Counted from the first letter of the stretch, positions 9,990 through 19,336 are shown. The stretch is DNA of 64,000 nucleotides from an uncultured Ralstonia sp. (GCA_966433195.1 CBJMVH010000021.1:1259-65258); one strand, 5' to 3'. A program made the numbers and translations. The notes: generated from the sequence alone by a model not told the origin.

Positions 9990-10642
9990 GGCCACGCATG
10001 TTCCGACTGACTCTCATCGCTGTGGCCCTGATTGCCGGTGCCGCGCATGCTGCGGACACCGCCAAGGGCGTCACCCCGCCCAAGCCCGATGCGAAGGCGG
10101 ATGCCGCGCTCGCCAAAGTCATCCACGAGAGCTTCGTCTCCAAGGGCCCGGCCACCGTGGAAGGCGTGACCGAGCGCGACGACGTGCAGAAGACCTGCAG
10201 CCAGTACGCGGATCGCAACGCCGTGCCCGCCGCCGTCGCCAAGACGCTGGAAGATGCGCAGATGAAGACCATCCGCTACCCCGCCGATGGCAAGTGGCTG
10301 GGCGACTGGAAGGAAGGCGAGAAGACTGCGCAGAGCGGCCGCGGCATGCAGTTCTCCGACCCGGCCGGCGGCACCAACGGTGCCAACTGCTATGCGTGCC
10401 ACCGGCTGTCGAAAGACGAAGTGTCGTACGGCACCATCGGCCCATCGCTGTACCAGTACGGCAAGCTGCGCGGTGATTCCGAGGCGATCCTGCGCTACAC
10501 GTGGGGCAAGATCTACAACTCCAACGCGTACTCGGCGTGCTCGAACATGCCGCGCTTTGGGCACAAGGGCATCCTGACCGAACAACAGATCCGCGATGTG
10601 ATGGCGCTGTTGTTGGACCCGGCATCTCCGGTGAATCAATAA
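9986..10642 (+). CDS. soxX: SoxAX cytochrome complex subunit X
   Basis: ANCYACH, GTIGPSL, SNMPRFG. Confidence 0.95.
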   Translation: MRPRMFRLTLIAVALIAGAAHAADTAKGVTPPKPDAKADAALAKVIHESFVSKGPATVEGVTERDDVQKTCSQYADRNAVPAAVAKTLEDAQMKTIRYPADGKWLGDWKEGEKTAQSGRGMQFSDPAGGTNGANCYACHRLSKDEVSYGTIGPSLYQYGKLRGDSEAILRYTWGKIYNSNAYSACSNMPRFGHKGILTEQQIRDVMALLLDPASPVNQ

Positions 10643-10646
10643 CGCC

Positions 10647-11159
10647 ATGCAAGCCATTCGACGGTTCTTGATGTGGACAGCAGCGGCGACGGCGCTTGCT
10701 GCTGGCACCGCGCAGGCCGTCGAAGTCGGCGATGTGGTGACGATGCCCGACGTGCAACTGCTCGACGGCACGCGTGTGCCGGGCAGTGCATGGCGTGGGC
10801 ATCCGGTCATCATCGCCACCTGGGCATCGTGGTGCCCGTTCTGCGCATTGCAGAACCCGCGCTTGCAAAAGCTCTACGACGCCACGCGCGGCACTGATCT
10901 GCGTATCCTCACCATCAGCATCGACGCCAACCCGCAGCTCGCCAAGGATTACGTCGCCAAGCGTGGCTTCACCTTTCCGGTGACGATGGAATCCGACGCG
11001 CTGTGCGCCGCCACCGGCCCGCGCAAGGGCTTGCCTGAGTTGCTCTTGCTCGACGCCAACGGCCGCGTGGTCCGCAAGGAAGTCGGCGAGATGCTCGAAG
11101 ACGACGTGGCCGACCTCGCGCCTCATTACGCCCACCCGGCCCACAGCCCCAAACAATGA
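10647..11159 (+). CDS. TlpA-like periplasmic thioredoxin
   Basis: Signal peptide; WASWCPFC redox motif. Confidence 0.85.
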   Translation: MQAIRRFLMWTAAATALAAGTAQAVEVGDVVTMPDVQLLDGTRVPGSAWRGHPVIIATWASWCPFCALQNPRLQKLYDATRGTDLRILTISIDANPQLAKDYVAKRGFTFPVTMESDALCAATGPRKGLPELLLLDANGRVVRKEVGEMLEDDVADLAPHYAHPAHSPKQ

Positions 11160-12868
11160 ACCGCCGCGAATTCGTTCAAGCCCTGGCGATTGCCGCAGCC
11201 GCCGGCCTGCGCCTGACCGACGCCCACGCTGACACGGTGGCCTACGACGTGCCGCGCTTCGGCAACGTCCACCTGCTGCACTTCACCGACTGTCACGCGC
11301 AACTGCTGCCCATCGAATACCGCGAGCCCAGCGTCAACCTGGGCGTGGCGCAGTGGGCGGGGCAGCCGCCGCATCTGGTGGGGCATGCGTTGCTCGAGCG
11401 CTATGGCATCGCGCCCGGTTCGCGCTCCGCGCACGCTTTCACCTCGCTCGATTTCACCGAAGCCGCGCGCCGCTACGGCCGCATGGGCGGCTTCGCGCAT
11501 CTGGCTACGCTCATCAAGCGCCTGCGCGCCACGCGCCCGAATGCGTTGCTGCTCGACGGCGGCGATACGTGGCAGGGCTCAGCGACATCCCTGTGGACAA
11601 ATGGGCAGGACATGGTCGACGCAGCCCTCGCGCTCGGCGTCGACGTCATGACCCCGCACTGGGAGATGACCTACGGCGCAGACCGCGTGCGCCACGTGGT
11701 CGATCACGACTTCAAGAACAAAGTCGCCTTCGTCGCGCAGAACATCCAGACCGCCGACTTTGGCGATCCGGTGTTTGACCCCTACGTGCTGCGCGAGCTG
11801 AATGGCGTGCCGGTCGCCATCATCGGTCAGGCGTTTCCGTACACGCCCGTCGCGCACCCGGCAGACTTCACGCCCGACTGGACGTTCGGCATCCAGGAAG
11901 AGCGGCTGCAGAAGATGATCGACGAGGCGCGCGGCAAGGGCGCCAAGGTGGTCGTGCTGCTGTCGCATAACGGCATGGATGTGGACCTGAAGCTCGCCTC
12001 GCGCGTGCGTGGGTTGGATGTGGTCCTCGGCGGCCATACGCACGATGCGGTGCCGGCGCCAGTGAAGGTCAGCAACTCGGGCGGCGTAACGCTCGTCACC
12101 AACGCGGGCGCCAACGGCAAGTTCGTCGGCGTGCTTGATCTGGACGTGCGCGGCGGTGCCGTGCGCGACATCCGCTACACGCTGTTGCCCGTGTTTGCTG
12201 ATCTGCTGCCGCCTGATCCGGCCATGTCGGCGCTCATCGAGCGCGTGCGGGCGCCGTACAAGGACAAGCTCGGCGAGACGCTCGCCACCAACCGCGGCCT
12301 GCTGTACCGGCGCGGCAACTTCAACGGCACGTTCGATCAGCTCATCGTCGATGGCCTGATGCAGGCGCAGAGCGCGGAGATCGCCTTCTCGCCCGGCTTC
12401 CGCTGGGGCACCACGCTGCTGCCCGGCGAGGCCGTCACGATGGAAGCGCTGATGGCCCAGACTGCCATCACGTACCCCGCCACCACGCTCACCGAGATGA
12501 CCGGCTCCACCATCAAAACCGTGCTCGAAGACGTGGCCGACAACCTGTTCAATCCCGACCCGTACTACCAGCAGGGTGGCGACATGGTGCGCACCGGCGG
12601 TCTGCGCTACACCATCGACCCGCTGAAACCGATGGGCCAGCGCATCACCGACATGCGCCTTGGAGACAAGCCGATCGACGCCGATCGACGCTACAAGGTG
12701 GCCGGCTGGGCGGCCGTATCGCCCGACGTGCGCAAGGCCGGCGGACGTCCCGTGTGGGACGTGCTGGCCGACTGGCTGCGCGACCAGCGCGAAGTGACGG
12801 CCCGTCCGCTGAATACGCCGCGCATCGTCGGCATGGACGGCAATCCGGGCATGGAGAACGCGGGTTGA
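11156..12868 (+). CDS. soxB: Thiosulfohydrolase SoxB
   Basis: Tat signal; HFTDCHAQL, DGGDTWQG, LSHNG, GGHTHD metallophosphoesterase motifs; YYQQGGDMVR. Confidence 0.97.
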   Translation: MNRREFVQALAIAAAAGLRLTDAHADTVAYDVPRFGNVHLLHFTDCHAQLLPIEYREPSVNLGVAQWAGQPPHLVGHALLERYGIAPGSRSAHAFTSLDFTEAARRYGRMGGFAHLATLIKRLRATRPNALLLDGGDTWQGSATSLWTNGQDMVDAALALGVDVMTPHWEMTYGADRVRHVVDHDFKNKVAFVAQNIQTADFGDPVFDPYVLRELNGVPVAIIGQAFPYTPVAHPADFTPDWTFGIQEERLQKMIDEARGKGAKVVVLLSHNGMDVDLKLASRVRGLDVVLGGHTHDAVPAPVKVSNSGGVTLVTNAGANGKFVGVLDLDVRGGAVRDIRYTLLPVFADLLPPDPAMSALIERVRAPYKDKLGETLATNRGLLYRRGNFNGTFDQLIVDGLMQAQSAEIAFSPGFRWGTTLLPGEAVTMEALMAQTAITYPATTLTEMTGSTIKTVLEDVADNLFNPDPYYQQGGDMVRTGGLRYTIDPLKPMGQRITDMRLGDKPIDADRRYKVAGWAAVSPDVRKAGGRPVWDVLADWLRDQREVTARPLNTPRIVGMDGNPGMENAG

Positions 12869-12875
12869 CCCGCGA

Positions 12876-12905
12876 TTGAAGGCGCGCCGGGAATTCGGGT
12901 AGACT
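12876..12905 (+). promoter_or_regulatory. Putative sigma70 promoter of tRNA-Ala
   Basis: TTGAAG-N18-TAGACT ending 10 bp before the tRNA. Confidence 0.55.
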
Positions 12906-12915
12906 TATTTTTCAC

Positions 12916-12991
<76 letters not shown>

Positions 12992-12999
12992 TTTCCCAG

Positions 13000-13029
13000 A
13001 AGCCCAACGGTTCTCCGTTGGGCTTTTTT
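13000..13029 (+). terminator. Rho-independent terminator after tRNA
   Basis: Perfect 11-bp stem aagcccaacgg-ttct-ccgttgggctt plus T run. Confidence 0.88.
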
Positions 13030-13408
13030 GTGCCTGGAACGCCAGTGTTGGCGCCATTCCGGGGTTTGCTGTCTTGAGCGCGCACCCTCTTGAACGGACC
13101 CAGCAGGCCCCGCAAGGCCTGAAATTTCTTCTCCATTCTCTGTTTGTCCCTTGAGCGGACAAGACTCAACTCCCTGTGTTTATGCGGGTGTTCGGGCATC
13201 CCGTTGCATTTATCAAACGGTGAGTTGGGGCGACCCAGAGAGGAAAGAACGGGCCCAACGAAGAAATGCTCTTCGCCGGACCGCGCAATCGCTCTCAAGA
13301 AAGGGCTTCCTATACTTGACAGCGACCACGTCGGCATCGGCGTGCGCCTGCTCAAAAGTGGAGTTTCCATGGGGCATAATATGGCATCTCAGCCATATAA
13401 CAGACCCG

Positions 13409-13813
13409 ATGAATCGCGTCGAAGCGCCTGCGAGCTCTGGAGCCGTATCTGTCTTGGTGACAGTGCCACGCAATCTCGCCATAAAAATTCTAAGAGGCGA
13501 GAAGCGAGTTGAATTTCGCAAAGTATGGCCGAGCCGGCGAGTACAGACCTTATGGTTCTGCGAAAAGGCCTCTGGGGGTCTTGTCGTTGCGCGGGCTGAC
13601 GTGACCAGTCTTGATGTGTTGGCACCGGCTGCGGCGTGGGAGAAATACGGTGAGGTGTCGGGAGTTGCCGAACAAGAACTTTTTGCTTATGCCGGTGAGC
13701 GGACCGCACTACATTGCGTAGTCCTGGGTACAGTACAGGCAACGCCGGGCATGCGTCTCTGTGATGTTGGCGTAGATCGCGCCCCGCAAAACTATACGTT
13801 CTTGAGCCGATGA
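13409..13813 (+). CDS. ASCH/PUA-superfamily domain protein
   Basis: VPRNLAIKILRGEKRVEFRKVWP matches the ASCH I..G.K..E.R motif; ends PQNYTFL. Start codon inferred within the longer track ORF. Confidence 0.78.
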   Translation: MNRVEAPASSGAVSVLVTVPRNLAIKILRGEKRVEFRKVWPSRRVQTLWFCEKASGGLVVARADVTSLDVLAPAAAWEKYGEVSGVAEQELFAYAGERTALHCVVLGTVQATPGMRLCDVGVDRAPQNYTFLSR

Positions 13814-15012
13814 ACTATCCATTTTCCGGGATCATCGTCAGATACCTTCGACGTCAATCGTTGAACGTGGCCGTTGCGGAGGCCGATGAGCCACCTGAAG
13901 ACCAGCTTCACGTGAATCTATGGGACATTAAGGACAAGGCTTATCTTGATATTGGGCTAATGATTTGCGAGCCGGAATCTATACGGCAGATCTGGATCGA
14001 CATTCCGTGGCACGTCAAACCAGAGCATGTTGTTGACCTTGGCCCTGGCCTGGATGGTGCGAAGATATTGACGTCAATCTTCAATGACGTCGCGCTATAT
14101 GCCGGGGTGTCAAATCAGCAATATGCGGTTGTCACGTTAGGCTCACACCCGAACCAGGGTAGTCCCTTTTTGCTTGTTCACCTGGATCCGCGGCGACTTC
14201 TTTTTTCGGAAATTGCCATCGATGCTGAAAACAAAGTTACGCGACTGCGGATTCGTTGGCCCGCATTAAGCTATTCCAACGCGAACCACAAGGATCTCAG
14301 GCGGTACATTCGCTTGCGAATAACACGGGTTCCAATGGACGCTTTTTTCTCGACATTTCGTGCCAAGGACCGGAATCTTCTGAGCTCAAGCCCCATAACG
14401 CGTTTACTTGATTTCCGAGTCAATGTGCGAAGAGGTGTCCCGGATCAAGTGCTTTTAGCGAATCCATCGCTCGAATTTCCTTCCCTGAAGAAGGTGCATG
14501 TCTTTGCAATCGTCCCCCGTGAAACTGAACTTCCATTTCAGGGGGAGGGGTACAAAGGTTGCCGTTCGTTGGAAGATGAAGAAATCTGGAACGGCTATAT
14601 CAATCTTCCTCACCGCAGTCATGCTGCGCATGGGGAATCTGTAAGAGGCTACTTAGGTTATCAGTGGACGGCGTCAAGCAAAGACAATGTTCCCGCAAAG
14701 GACTTAGTCGCGCTAGGTCGATTTGTTCATGTAACAGCATCACGTTGGACAACCACCCGATTCGTGATCGTAGTGATGCTCTTGGGCACGCTAGGGAGCG
14801 CGATTTGGGATGCCTTAAAAGTCGTTATTGGCCCAAGTGGAACGGATGCCCCCACTTTGCGGCATCTTTTGTACTGGGCGGCTGCGCCGACTGTGGCCTT
14901 AATTCTGTTGCTTATCGCTGATCGCGCAAGGGCCAGGGACTGGGCCAAGCGCGGGAAACGAGCTTGGCTTGCTAGAGTCGATGCAATTTCGTCCTGGTGG
15001 CGCAGAATCTGA
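13810..15012 (+). CDS. Hypothetical 400-aa protein with two C-terminal transmembrane helices
   Basis: Long ORF of visibly lower GC, coupled to the ASCH gene by ATGA overlap; hydrophobic segments FVIVVMLLGTLGSAIW and LLYWAAAPTVALILLLIA. Confidence 0.8.
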   Translation: MNYPFSGIIVRYLRRQSLNVAVAEADEPPEDQLHVNLWDIKDKAYLDIGLMICEPESIRQIWIDIPWHVKPEHVVDLGPGLDGAKILTSIFNDVALYAGVSNQQYAVVTLGSHPNQGSPFLLVHLDPRRLLFSEIAIDAENKVTRLRIRWPALSYSNANHKDLRRYIRLRITRVPMDAFFSTFRAKDRNLLSSSPITRLLDFRVNVRRGVPDQVLLANPSLEFPSLKKVHVFAIVPRETELPFQGEGYKGCRSLEDEEIWNGYINLPHRSHAAHGESVRGYLGYQWTASSKDNVPAKDLVALGRFVHVTASRWTTTRFVIVVMLLGTLGSAIWDALKVVIGPSGTDAPTLRHLLYWAAAPTVALILLLIADRARARDWAKRGKRAWLARVDAISSWWRRI

Positions 15013-15017
15013 GGTGG

Positions 15018-15566
15018 TTACGCTAGAGTGCCATCGCGAAACTTGGAGCGCGAAAGGTGAGAGCGCGCCGACAAATCTCCAGGGACAATCAAAGTGCCGT
15101 TGAATGCATATTCCGTGCGTTCAGTGCGATAAAGCCCGTGATGAACGGCGCCAAGCTCGAATCCGAAGTAATTAAATAGCCGCACAAATGCCGGCAAGCG
15201 TTCTTCCGCGACGCTCAACAAGGGGCGTTTCGTTTCAAGCTTTTCCAGCGACTTCTCGAACAGTCGAACACCCAATCCATAGCGGCCTTCGAAACCAGGC
15301 AAAACTCGCAGGCAGCACAACTTCTTTTCGATGCCGTCGTCCTTCAGGATGGCGAGGCCAGCAAGGAGCCCTTGCCGATACTCAACTAGGATCGATCGAT
15401 CACCAGACTGCAGTCCAGGCAACACGCGCTGAGACAGCCAAGCATCGAACCCAGGATAGAAGTCCTTTAGATCTTGCACGCGAGTCAAGACCTCAGCCAA
15501 CATACCCGAGGCCGACTCCTGATCACGAGCCAAGCTCACAACGTCTATGGTCTTGCTCATGGTCAT
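15018..15566 (-). CDS. GNAT-family N-acetyltransferase
   Basis: KKLCCLRVLPGFEGRYGLGVRLF (acetyl-CoA motif A-like), FNYFGF; RBS GAGGGG upstream. Confidence 0.8.
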   Translation of the reverse strand: MTMSKTIDVVSLARDQESASGMLAEVLTRVQDLKDFYPGFDAWLSQRVLPGLQSGDRSILVEYRQGLLAGLAILKDDGIEKKLCCLRVLPGFEGRYGLGVRLFEKSLEKLETKRPLLSVAEERLPAFVRLFNYFGFELGAVHHGLYRTERTEYAFNGTLIVPGDLSARSHLSRSKFRDGTLA

Positions 15567-15625
15567 AGTTATCCCCTCATCAGCACCGCACTTGCGTCAA
15601 ACGGCCTTTCAGACCGGTGTAACGA

Positions 15626-16081
15626 CTAGCAGTTCGTCACTATGCGCGCGCGTTTCAATTCTCTCTGTACCGCTTCGCGCACAACGTCCATGTCGAGCAC
15701 AAAGGCGAAAAGTCGTTGGCCGGAGGCGAGGTCTTCAAGGCGGCCATCATCCTGCAGAAAAACATTATAGCCATCTGTGACGAAGTACCTGCAGGCATCC
15801 AGGTCTAGGGAGCCCTTCCGCTTACGGTATGCGGCCAAGCTCTTGCGCAGGCCAAGCACTGACACACCTTGCTTCAGCAACTGCGCCATCACCCGAAGCA
15901 TCAGAACATCGGCATACAGGTAACGCCTTGCTCGCCCACGTCCCCTGGATGTGTTGCCACGGGCGATCACGATCTCATGCCGACTGAGATAGTTCACCAT
16001 ATCCAAAGACAAACCTGCTAGCCGAGCTGCTTGTTCGGCGGAGAAAGCTTCTATCGCGCCCGTGGATGATATGGTGACCAT
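15626..16081 (-). CDS. MerR-like winged HTH DNA-binding protein
   Basis: FSAEQAARLAGLS...RRYLYADVLMLRVMAQLLKQGVS...FVTDG. Start at 16081 preferred over 16120 because of the promoter position. Confidence 0.78.
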   Translation of the reverse strand: MVTISSTGAIEAFSAEQAARLAGLSLDMVNYLSRHEIVIARGNTSRGRGRARRYLYADVLMLRVMAQLLKQGVSVLGLRKSLAAYRKRKGSLDLDACRYFVTDGYNVFLQDDGRLEDLASGQRLFAFVLDMDVVREAVQRELKRARIVTNC

Positions 16082-16088
16082 TTGGATA

Positions 16089-16121
16089 CAGAGTTTAGCT
16101 CTAAACACTGAATTTGCCAAA
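16089..16121 (-). promoter_or_regulatory. Putative sigma70 promoter with overlapping palindromic operator
   Basis: Minus strand TTGGCA-N17-TAAACT; 22-bp palindrome cagagtttagctctaaacactg (16089-16110) covers the -10 box. Confidence 0.6.
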
Positions 16122-16240
16122 AAAATAGTCAGAATCCGGCAAAATTGAAGCCGCCAGGTGGCAGGAAGGAGACGAGTTAGATGTCGCGAGAGGTAAGCGT
16201 CTATGACACGTCAGGCGCCGATCATGTCACTGCAGGCTCA

Positions 16241-16765
16241 CTAGACGCGCGCGCCGAATGTGCTATCAGGTGATGTAATTCTCGATGACTTCCGGCTGGC
16301 CAGCCGGTGGCCCTGCATCTGCCAGTCCAGCGGTAATCTCCCCATCCGCACTACGTGCTCCAGGGCAATGTCGCTGTCGTCAGTGAGGCAGGCGTCAATG
16401 ACCGCAGGCGAGAGGTATGCCAGCCTAGCTATCTTGCTGACTTGCCCAAGGTCCATCCCTTCGGCAGCGGCGATCTGCGTCAGCGAATCGAACTGCTGCC
16501 CGTCAAGCAATCGCAGCCAATAGTGCGCCAAGCCGAGCGCACGCAGCAGCGGCGGATCCTGGGTTGCACCCCGGAGTCGCTTCTCGCGCTGGGATTCCAG
16601 CATGAATTGTTCGGGCGCCTCCAGCGGCGTGATGACCTGTTTTTTTGACCCACGCTTGACCAGCGTCCACGGCACGAACGTCTCTAATTGAACGCCGCCC
16701 GCAGGCGCCGGCAGCGATCGGGTGACGGGGTTCCCCAGGACCCGGCCGCGATGGTTCCCACTCAT
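16241..16765 (-). CDS. Hypothetical protein of the recombinase module (HTH-containing)
   Basis: ETFVPWTLVKRG...LGLAHYW...IAAAEGMD; paralogous motifs to the adjacent gene. Confidence 0.7.
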   Translation of the reverse strand: MSGNHRGRVLGNPVTRSLPAPAGGVQLETFVPWTLVKRGSKKQVITPLEAPEQFMLESQREKRLRGATQDPPLLRALGLAHYWLRLLDGQQFDSLTQIAAAEGMDLGQVSKIARLAYLSPAVIDACLTDDSDIALEHVVRMGRLPLDWQMQGHRLASRKSSRITSPDSTFGARV

Positions 16766-16773
16766 ACAGCCTC

Positions 16774-17136
16774 CTAGAAGCGCGCCACGATCTGGCGCTG
16801 CGCCTGCCAATCCACCGGCAGCGGATTGTGCTGGAACCACCACAGAGTCATGCTCCGCGGCTGCCGACCAGCCAGCAGTTGCGCAATGATGTCCGGTGCA
16901 AGCAAGGTCAACCGCATCAGTTCATTGACCGCCGTCGGGTGCAGCCCTTCCGCCCGCGCGATGACCGCGCCGCTTTTCATCACGCCGGTGTCCACCAGAC
17001 GCTGCCAGTAAAAGCCTCGCGCCAGCGCCTGCAGCAGCGTCGTGTCGTGTGTTGCGCGGTCATCCGCAACGACCCGCCGCGCACCCCGGCGCCGGAATGC
17101 CACTGGCACAAAGGTCTCCAGTGTGCCGCCCGTCAT
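16774..17136 (-). CDS. Hypothetical protein of the recombinase module (HTH-containing)
   Basis: ETFVPVAFRRRG...LARGFYW...IARAEGLH; ATGA overlap with recombinase. Confidence 0.72.
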   Translation of the reverse strand: MTGGTLETFVPVAFRRRGARRVVADDRATHDTTLLQALARGFYWQRLVDTGVMKSGAVIARAEGLHPTAVNELMRLTLLAPDIIAQLLAGRQPRSMTLWWFQHNPLPVDWQAQRQIVARF

Positions 17137-18521
17137 GCCTCCATCTCCACCATCTCCGCGCCGATCTCACCGGGCACGAACTCTCGGATCAGCGCGTCCC
17201 ACCCAACTTCCCGCCACTTCACCTTGAGTCCCTGCTGCTCGCCGTCGTCCACGAGGTCGACGCGTTCGATCATCAGGTTAGCGATGCGATGCCGTTCGGC
17301 GGGGAACAGCCGATCCCACACGTCATCGAGCCGCCCCATCGCCATCACCGTCGTCGCCTCGTCGACCTGGGCGCCGTTGCACCGGATGTGCTGGACTACC
17401 GCTGCCACCGCCTCCGGGCTGGTCAACACCGAGCGGATCTGCGCGACGACAGCGCCCTCGATTTCCAGTGCCGGCAGCCGCTCGTAGCGCTTGCCCGGCG
17501 CCCCGAAGCGGCTCTCGGATTTGGAGACGTAGTAGCGGTATTGGCGCCCGTTCTTGCGAGAGTAGGTCGGGTACATCCGCTCGCCGGATGGGGTATACAG
17601 CAGTCCGCGCAGCAGCGCGTCGGTACGCGACAGAATCTTTGTCTCGACAGACCGAGCGTGGCTGTCCTTCGACAGCACACCGTGCACCCGCTTCCACAGG
17701 TCCGCGTCGATGATGGCCGGATGGTTGCCCGGATACCAGCTTCCCTTGTGCGACAGTTCCCCGAGGTAGATGCGGTTACGCAGCAGCTTGGACAGGTACT
17801 TCTTGTCGATGCTGGCTCCGCAGCGCACGCGCCCATCCTGCGTGGTCCACGCCTTGGTCGTGATGCCATCCGCGGTCAGCCGCGCGGCGATTTGCGTGGG
17901 TGAGCCGATGGTCAGCATCTCTTCAAAGATGCGCCGTACCACCGCCGCTTCGGCCTCATTGATGACCAATTGGCGGTCGCGCACGTCGTAGCCCAACGGT
18001 GGCACGCCACCCATCCACAGCCCTTTGCGCTTGGCCGCCGCGATCTTGTCGCGGATGCGCTCGCCGGTGACCTCACGCTCGAACTGCGCGAACGACAGCA
18101 GCACGTTGAGCATCAGCCGGCCCATCGAGGTGGTGGTGTTGAACTGCTGGGTGACGGATACGAAGGACACGTTGTGGCGCTCGAACACCTCGACCATCTT
18201 GGAGAAGTCCGCCAGGCTGCGGGTCAGGCGATCGATCTTGTAGACCACGACGATGTCGACATGGCCGCGCTCGATGTCCGCCATCAGCCGCTTGAGCCCC
18301 GGGCGATCCGTGTTGCCACCGGAGAAGCCTGGATCGTCGTAGTCGTCGGCCACCGGAATCCACCCCTCCGTGCGCTGACTGGCGACATAGGCGTGCCCTG
18401 CCTCCTTCTGCGCGTCGATGGAGTTGAATTCCTGATCCAGCCGCTCATCGGTGGAGACGCGGCAGTACACCGCGCAGCGCTTGCGTGGCTTGGCGGAGGC
18501 GATCTGTGCGGCGCCGTTCAT
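17133..18521 (-). CDS. Large serine recombinase (resolvase + recombinase domains)
   Basis: AVYCRVST catalytic Ser, SGGNTDRPGL, YKIDRLTRS, LSFAQFERE. Confidence 0.95.
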   Translation of the reverse strand: MNGAAQIASAKPRKRCAVYCRVSTDERLDQEFNSIDAQKEAGHAYVASQRTEGWIPVADDYDDPGFSGGNTDRPGLKRLMADIERGHVDIVVVYKIDRLTRSLADFSKMVEVFERHNVSFVSVTQQFNTTTSMGRLMLNVLLSFAQFEREVTGERIRDKIAAAKRKGLWMGGVPPLGYDVRDRQLVINEAEAAVVRRIFEEMLTIGSPTQIAARLTADGITTKAWTTQDGRVRCGASIDKKYLSKLLRNRIYLGELSHKGSWYPGNHPAIIDADLWKRVHGVLSKDSHARSVETKILSRTDALLRGLLYTPSGERMYPTYSRKNGRQYRYYVSKSESRFGAPGKRYERLPALEIEGAVVAQIRSVLTSPEAVAAVVQHIRCNGAQVDEATTVMAMGRLDDVWDRLFPAERHRIANLMIERVDLVDDGEQQGLKVKWREVGWDALIREFVPGEIGAEMVEMEA

Positions 18522-18967
18522 CGGGCACCTCCCTTGGTCAGACCGAAGAAGAGTGGGCCGGACCAGTGCGTGCCGGTGATGTGCCGCGCCACGGCGGTCA
18601 GGCTCTTGAAGGTCTTGCCCTCGTATTCGAAGCCACCTTCTGCGGTGACCATCACCTTGTGCTCACGCTCGCCCCACTCGCGCAGCAGCACCGTGCCGGG
18701 CACGAAATGAAACTCGCGCGTCGGGGCGCGTTTCTGGATCTTCGAGTGCGAGGCGCCGATGCGTTCCAGGCGCTCGCGCGTGGCGGGAGCCAGCCCGCCG
18801 AAGGCTTCTTCCTGCAGTTTGTAAGCAATGCGCGATTCGACGAAATCCCGGTTCGGCTTGGCCGGGCGGTAGTTGAAGTACCGATCCCACAGCTTCCACA
18901 GTTCGGGCATGGGTGCGTGGCTCAACTCGGCGATGCGGGCGGCGACGGAGGCTTGTTTGCTGTTCAT
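18518..18967 (-). CDS. DUF2924-like protein
   Basis: IAYKLQEEAFGGL...PGTVLLREWG...KSLTAVARHITGTHWSGPLFFGL; typical recombinase partner. Confidence 0.85.
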   Translation of the reverse strand: MNSKQASVAARIAELSHAPMPELWKLWDRYFNYRPAKPNRDFVESRIAYKLQEEAFGGLAPATRERLERIGASHSKIQKRAPTREFHFVPGTVLLREWGEREHKVMVTAEGGFEYEGKTFKSLTAVARHITGTHWSGPLFFGLTKGGAR

Positions 18968-19158
18968 CACAACGTGTCCTGTTGAGAGGGGGTTGTATGA
19001 ACGCGCTGGTCGGGCACAAAGCCAAGTCCAACCGCACTCTCTGCGCTGGCAGGGGCGGCAAGCGTGCGCACGATGGCGGAGGCCAGGATTGCGGTGATCC
19101 CGGCGGCGCGCTCGCCGGCAGGCATTGCGGAGGGGCAGGGTAGTTCGAAGGACTTCAT
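18967..19158 (-). CDS. Small hypothetical protein
   Basis: MKSFELPCPSAM...; stop overlaps the DUF2924 start. Confidence 0.55.
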   Translation of the reverse strand: MKSFELPCPSAMPAGERAAGITAILASAIVRTLAAPASAESAVGLGFVPDQRVHTTPSQQDTL

Positions 19159-19336
19159 GGCAGCATCGGGGAATGAAACTGCCATGGATGGTGGTGCCAA
19201 TCGTCCGAAGCGGATAGCAACGGAGGGTAATGGGCCGCACGGTGGCTCTCGCCAAAAACAACGAGGACGAATGTCCTATCAAGGACAACGGCGGGGCGAT
19301 TCGTCATCGCCCGGACTACCCGTCAAATCAAAGCCT

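Noticed and set aside
13151-13408. Longer TTG-started N-terminus for the ASCH ORF
   Set aside because: The extra 86 codons look non-coding and the domain motif starts only after M13409.
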